Of a stretch of DNA of 64,000 nt, positions 51,390-64,000 are shown in pieces. This stretch comes from the human T2T-CHM13v2.0 reference genome, Homo sapiens, in assembly GCF_009914755.1 (NCBI RefSeq), contig NC_060927.1. One strand, 5' to 3'. The position numbers and the translations under genes are program-made. How positions within the stretch are numbered: position 1 is the stretch's first letter; each line of letters begins with the position of its first letter. The notes below the pieces were generated by a model. The model saw only the letters and a program-made list of their open reading frames with translations. It did not search any database and had not been told where the DNA came from.

Positions 51390-51890
51390 CTGGTGCTGAG
51401 ACTGAAAGCTGTTCCAATAGCCATGCACATCTTCTTAAGTATTAGTGGAGCACGTGGCCACCCAAGCTAAAGATTATATTTCCCAGCCTCTCTTATAGTT
51501 GGGGAATGTAATCATGTGAAAGTTCTGGCCCATTGTATGTGAAGAGAAATACTATGTGCAACTTCTGAGCAGCGGCCTTAAAGGGCAGGGCATGCTCTTT
51601 GCTTCCTCATCTTCCCTTCCTGATGGCTGAAATGCAGATGTGATGACAGAGACTGGACTGGCCATCATATACCGAGGATAGAAACTACATTGCTGAAAAT
51701 GTTAAAACAAAATAGAAGACTAGGTCCCCGACACACTACAGCCATCATATAAGGCCTAAATTACAATTACATCATATAAGGCCTAGAATAGAATTTTACT
51801 GTTATATGAGAAAGAAATTAACATCTATCTTGTTAAACACTTATTGTATTGGTTTTTGTTACAGCAGTGAATTTATATTCTAACTAATCC
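51390..51890. mobile_element. MLT1-type MaLR LTR
   Basis: atatttcccagcctctctt...aagttctggcccatt; ttttgttacagcag...taactaat. Confidence 0.7.
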
Positions 51891-51906
51891 AGATACCAAT
51901 AAATTA

Positions 51907-52524
51907 CGGTCAATTTTTGGTATTTGTGGTAGTCATGTTCTATAAAGCTGCCACGAACACAGAATACTGAACCCTTGCTGCCAAGGAAAATAGATGATTA
52001 GGTTCCTGCAAGCCTCTAGTAAAAACATTTTCATCACTTCATCAATACAAAACCTTGTTTTATGCATGTTTCTGTTTAAAGACATCTTATTTAATGTATA
52101 TAGTTGTTTACATTGAGCTCCAGCCAACAGCATTATAATTCATGCCTAAAGAAAACTTATCACATATTTTCTCCATAAGGCACATCACAGCCTTAAGGCA
52201 CTAGGGAACATTAGATACCATTTCAGTACTTTGCTTGGGGGTCATGTTAAACAGCAAAATCACCAACTAAAAGCACAAAAATGTGAAAAATATGGCACTA
52301 ACTAGCCCATTAAAAAGAAGCTTGTTCACAGTATAAGAGCTGAAACAAGAACGCAGAGCTTTGGCTTGTTCAACCACAGCAGGGAAAGTGTGCTTGGAAA
52401 GATTCAAATTTTTCGCAGATCTGCATATGTCCACAAAAGCCCCAGAGGTATTATTTCGGGATTCTGAATAAATTCTGTTAAGGTGGAAAATTCAAATATG
52501 GAATCCATGAATAATGAGAACTGA
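51907..52524 (+). mobile_element. MER82-like Tigger MITE
   Basis: gtagtcatgttctataaag...ttaggttcctgcaagcctct; terminal gaataatgagaactg. Confidence 0.75.
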
Positions 52525-53291
52525 CATATTTGGGGACTTCATGTGACAAGTCAGTTTATTCTAAAAGTTACTTCCTCAGTGTACTACCCAGCTTCCTCTG
52601 CCCAGAATATCCATTTCCCATCCACTTTCCTTATTCTCCTGGATTTCCTAATTTCTCTTCAGTAGCCACAGAACTGTTTGCCTGTTTTGTTTTTTTTTTT
52701 GACATATCTAATAAAATACTGGAGTCAATTATGTCCTACAGTAGAAAGATGACAATTATGTCCTAGAGTAGAAAGTGGCAGGGAATGTTCCTCCCAAGGT
52801 TCTTCAATGTTAGATGGCTGATAATGATTTAGTTACATATAATGATACAGCACGTTAGAAATAAAATTTGCTGCCGTTTTGACATTTAATTCAAACAAAC
52901 CTCTTCCTTACTGCTTAAGACAAAACTTTTGTTTGGATTGCTGGTAAAAACAATCATAACTTGCTGATACAAGGTAAAAAAAAATGAAAAGGTGTTTTTT
53001 CAGAGCCAGCACCAATTTCGAGAAAAAAGATGGGATGTCAAGTTCCTATTCCCAAAGTGTGAGGGTGCATCCCAGCATCCTTGTCTGATTTCTGAGACCA
53101 GTCACCTAAGTTGAATTAACATCTGTGAAAATTAATTAGTGCTAAAGAGTAGACTACACCTAGAAATTAAAAATCATCTTCCAGCTAAGTAATAAGAAGT
53201 CATCTTGATTTACATAATACTAAATCATTTTATTGTATACAATACGAAAGAAAAACTTAATTCAACATTTGTAGAAAATCAACAGTTGATG

Positions 53292-53319
<28 letters not shown>
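53292..53319. repeat. (AT)n microsatellite
   Basis: Seen directly. Confidence 0.95.
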
Positions 53320-53323
<4 letters not shown>

Positions 53324-53446
53324 ATTATGCCAGGCGCGGTGGCTCAAGCCTGTAATCCCAGCACTTTGGGAGGCCGAGGCAGGCGGATCACGAGGCCAGG
53401 AGATCGAGACCATCCTGGCTAACATGGTGAGACCCCGTCTCTACTA

Positions 53447-53737
<291 letters not shown>

Positions 53738-53799
53738 CTAGTCAAATTTCAAGTAGACACTGTCCTTCAGCAATGCTGCTACAATTAAATTCAAACTCA

Positions 53800-54042
<243 letters not shown>

Positions 54043-54363
54043 TTATTGATATATAACGAAAATATTATACGTGTTCACTTACAAATGGATTTGAGAGTCT
54101 GCTTCAAGCCTCTAAAGATTTTTGAAACTATTGTTATGACTGTTGACAAAGGAGTCATCACAGTCTATCTCTTTAACAGCATAATCTGGCCGGGCGCGGT
54201 GGCTCATGTCTGTAATCCCAGCAGTGTGGGAGGCTGAGGCAGGTGGATCGCTTGAGGTCAGGAGTTCGAGACCAGCCTGGCCAACATGGTGAAACCCTGC
54301 CTCTACTAAAAATATAAAAATTAGCTGTGCATGGTGGTGGGTGCCTGTAATCCCAGCTAATCA

Positions 54364-54504
<141 letters not shown>

Positions 54505-54532
54505 CTAGTATACCTCTACCTTATTTTCTAGA

Positions 54533-54725
54533 CCAGGGGTCCACAAACTTTTCCTGTTCCTGTGGAAAACAGCAGGTCTCCGCTGCAACTATCCCACCCT
54601 GCCACTGTGACATGAAAGCAGCAACAGAACAAATGGGCATGACTGTGTTCCAATAAAACTTTATTTACAAAAACAGATGGTAGGCTAGACTTGACCAGCA
54701 GACTGTAACTTGCTAACCACTGTTC
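54533..54725. mobile_element. MER58A-like MITE
   Basis: gggcatgactgtgttccaataaaactttatttacaaaaacag. Confidence 0.78.
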
Positions 54726-55017
54726 TAAACAATGAACTCCTTGTGGGTAGTGATATGCCTTATTCATCAAGATATCTTCAGGGCCTATGCATCACATTGG
54801 TCAGATATACCTCTGACATAAATACGTGATGAACAAAAACATGAGTAAATGAAAAACAGTGTATAGAATATATACTTAGCTGGCTCATTTTCAATTTTAT
54901 TTAAAAATTTAAAGGGCTGGGGTTCTAGTTTTAAAATTAAGTGATGGGTACACAGGTGTTCACTTTTTTAGTATGCATCATAAATTACATACAATGTAAA
55001 TTCTGTGTGTGTGTATA

Positions 55018-55472
55018 TAGTAGTTTTCCCCCATCTGTGGTTTTGCTTTCTATAGTTTTAGTTACCCAAAGTCAAAAATATAAAGAGGAAAATTCCAGAA
55101 ATAAGCAACTCATAAGTTTTAAATTGCATGTCCTACCACCCAGGACATGAATTATCCCTTTATTCAGTGTATCCATGCTGTATACACTACCGGCACTATA
55201 TAATGTGACTATATAGGAAAGAACATAGTATATAGAGGGTTTGGTACTATCTGTGGTTTCAGGCATCCACTGAGGATCTTGGAACATATTCCTCACAAAG
55301 GACTACTATATACCATATATATACCCCCTCACACACACACATTTCTAATGCATTTAAAAGTTTTAACATGCTATGAAAAAACATCATATATGTGGGGCTG
55401 GTACTATCTATGGTTTCAGATATCCACTGGGGGTCTTGGAACATAGCTTCAGTGAACAAGGGGAGACTACTA
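55018..55472 (+). mobile_element. MER44-type MITE (55018-55310) followed by a second copy of its 3' end (55372-55472)
   Basis: ggaaaattccagaaataagcaactcataagttttaaattgc; ggtactatct(g/a)tggtttcag...catccactg twice. Confidence 0.8.
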
Positions 55473-55922
55473 TATAGAAATAAGTAAACTGAAACAGGTT
55501 CGTTTTACTCTTCTTTAATCTATCACACAATTTCGCTCTGTCACCCAGGTTGGAGTACAGTGGCACGATCTCGGCTCACTGTAACCTCCGCCTCCTGGGT
55601 TCAAGCAATTCTCCCTGCCTCAGCCTCCTGAGAAGCTGGAATTACAGGTGCGTGCCACAACGCCCAGCTGATTTTTGTATTTTTAGTAGAGATGGGGTTT
55701 CACCATGTTGGCCAGGCTGGTCTTAAACTCCTGATCTCAGGTGATCCACTTGCTTCGGCCTCCCAAAGTGCTGGGATTACAGGAGTGAGCCACCACGCCC
55801 AGCCCACACAATTTCTTAAAAAGAAATCTAAGGACATTAAGTGTGTTTAACAAGAAATAAATGTACACAAATATAAAAGTTAAGACAGTATGAGGAATTT
55901 TGGAGGTTTCTTAATAACATTA

Positions 55923-56682
<760 letters not shown>

Positions 56683-57347
56683 TGTAAGGGTAAGACGAAG
56701 CCCACAGGAGGGGATCAAAGGAACCTGCTGAGGAAGCAGAGTATTACGGATACTGATTACCACTCAAAGCCCCAAAATCAAAACCCTTGCTCAAGGTGTG
56801 TACCACCAACCAGCAGTAGCAGTATCAGAGGGTTTCACCAATCCCGTCACGAAAAAGCCTACTCCTCTGTGAAATTATTCTTGCCTCTTTGGCATTAATC
56901 TGGTAGCTAATTAAATAGTACCCTCTGTTTTTTGTCTTCTCCCCCAGTAAGAGCTTAACGTTTTTTTGAGACAGGGTCTCACTCTGTCACCCAGGCTGGA
57001 GTACAGTGGCACAATCCCTGCTCATGGCAGCCTTGACCTCCTGGGCTCAAGCAATCCTCCTACCTCAGTCTCCTGGTTAGTTAGGACCAGACACACGAGC
57101 CACTATGCCCAGCTAGCATTTTTTTTTTTCACTTGTAGAGATAGGGTCTCCCTAGGTTGCCCAGGCTGGTTTCAAATTCCTGGGCTTAAGCAATCCTCCC
57201 ACCTTGGCCTCCCAAAGTGCTGAGATTACAGGCATGAGCCACCACCCAGCCTTAACTTTCTTATATGCAGTAAAAGCTTTACATACTTATATGTTGTCTT
57301 TAAAAATTTTCCAGACTTTTGGATTTTTGAACTTGTAAAACTTTTCA

Positions 57348-57716
<369 letters not shown>

Positions 57717-58869
57717 TCAGTTGAAAATAAAAATATGTATATTTAAATATGTACCTTATATTTCATACATTTTTAAATTTTTAGGTAAACTTTTTAAAAA
57801 ATTTTAAGGAATCACAGAGAGTTGCCAATGTTTTATTTTGCTGAGGGCAATTAATTTTTTAAAACCTTACCTATCAATATTTTTACTTCAAAAAAAGACA
57901 TTTAAGATTAAAAAATGAGTAGGAATAATTTCAGAATGTAAACTGCAGCTTTATAAATAATGTGCTGCCTTGTCTTTACTTTTCTGATAAAAATCTCATC
58001 ATAGACCAGGCTCCAGTCCAAGCAGGAGCATTTGGGAACCACTGCTACAAACCAAGATAACAAAATCTCAAGAAAAGAAAATGATGATGATTCTGGTTAT
58101 TAAGGATTATAAATGGCCATGGTAAAATGTAAGGAAATAAGCTAACCCGGTGTAGAAGGTACCAGTTAAGGGGAAACTGGAAGAGATGATACACTGTTAG
58201 ACAACAGCCTAGCCAATATAAACTTCAGGCAAAGTTTACTTGTTAGAGCTAGGCTTGAGATTTCCATCACTTATCCTCATGATGTGACTGGTATAATTAA
58301 TTAATAAAATATCCTAATATTCTGTGACTAGAACTGGTCCCTGTCTTCCTTGTATTTATCTTGAGCACCACAGACTAGTAAAAATAGTGAGGCAACAGTG
58401 TTCACTCTAGAATCAGTAAAAATATATACTATGATTATAGCCATTAGTATATACTAGATCACCATCTGGCAACAAAAAAGGAACAAACTGATAAATTAAC
58501 AACCTGGGTGAACATCAATCACACCAGGCTGAGTGAAAGCAAGCTAGATACAAAAGACACATACATACTGTATGACTTTATTTACGTGGAATTTTTAGAA
58601 AAGCACAAGTAATCTAAAGTGACAGCAAGCAGAGATCAACAGTTGCCTAAGTCTGGAATAGAGGGAAGAGACAGCAAAAGAAAAGAGAATATTTTAGGGT
58701 AATGAAAATGTTCTAGGTGTTGATTATATTATGGTTAAACAGATGTATGCATCTGTTAAAATTTATCATATACATACAAAATGGGTACATTTTCTTATAA
58801 ATAATACCTCAGAGCTTATTTTAAAATACATTTGTATATACATGCATGTGCGTGTATATTTGTGTATAA

Positions 58870-58871
<2 letters not shown>

Positions 58872-58900
<29 letters not shown>
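58872..58900. repeat. (CA)n microsatellite abutting the Tigger2 terminus
   Basis: Seen directly. Confidence 0.95.
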
Positions 58901-58904
<4 letters not shown>

Positions 58905-58997
58905 TGACTGTCAAACAACACAGGAGTTAGAAACACAGAAACCCCCAGTCAAAAATCCGCACACAACTTGACTTCCCCAAAAGTTAACTACTAATAG

Positions 58998-62950
<3,953 letters not shown>

Positions 62951-63524
62951 CTACATATGTTTTAGGCTACATGACATACCTTTTTCTTTTTGTTTTTTAA
63001 TGTTTTCATGTTTCTAGGCTACATAGCTTGTCAGTTTTTTCAAATTAACACAAATCACCAAAACATTTTCTAATATATTATGTATTGAAAAAAAATCCAC
63101 ATATAAATGAACGCACGCAATTCAAACCCATGTCATTCAGGGTCAACTTATACATATGTATGTATGTGTGTATGATTCTTTTCAGAGTTACACATTCCTT
63201 TGGAAATATAAAGAAAGATATGGTTACTTTCCCCAAAGAAATGTCTACATGTGAAGTTTTGCATCCAATTTAGGGGCTCCAAAGATCAAACTCTTAAAGC
63301 CCATGGATCCCTGATAAAGAACTATAGTATATACCCAGTATTCTAAAAATCTAAAGCTGATTAGTCTAAGCATGTGTGTGTATACATAGTCTATACTAGG
63401 GACGGAATATTATTAGAATCGCAAAAGCACAGTTTGGTAAAAAGGATACCACCTAGTGGGCAGGCAGTGACAATGATGAACAAAAGCCATGTTTTTGCTA
63501 ATATAATCACTACCATTACTTTCA

Positions 63525-63719
<195 letters not shown>

Positions 63720-64000
63720 CTAAAACAGAAAGATAAATAACCACTTTAGTGGTCCTTTCAAAAGATTCTCACATCAGTTTAAAAGCACTCATTTTCCTTT
63801 CTGGGGAAGCTTTTTCTTCTTTAAGGCATAATGAAAATCAGTTACAAAGTCAATAACAAAAGAAAGGAAAAAAAGAAGAAAAAATAAACTCCTAATGATG
63901 AAAGGTGAAAGAAATACTTACTATTCATTCAACTAATATTTACTGAGCTCCAACCCTCAGGCAATGGGAATACAATATTGAGTAAAAAGAAAGTCAAGAT

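Overview
Human (primate) genomic DNA from inside the POLQ gene (DNA polymerase theta), which is transcribed on the minus strand. Eighteen GT-AG coding exons (1447-63719, 6007 nt in total) join into one open frame. By recalled reference numbering these are exons 7-24, about residues 321-2323: the C-terminal part of the SF2 helicase domain, the 3107-nt central-domain exon, the exonuclease-like domain and the first part of the A-family polymerase domain. The introns are dense with repeats: about 55 Alus (including a young AluYa5 and AluYb8), old L1 fragments, a near full-length Tigger2 with both termini, several MITEs and LTRs, and a full-length RPL7A processed pseudogene. I see no evidence of a new gene system. 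The most unusual signals are local duplications and templated-insertion-like scars: a copy of the exon 8 acceptor, a 72-nt templated patch inside Tigger2, a perfect 128-bp tandem duplication carrying splice-like signals, and several iterative repeats. There are also candidate poison exons and two missense alleles that differ from the recalled reference protein. Repeat family names come from recalled consensus sequences and their boundaries are approximate.
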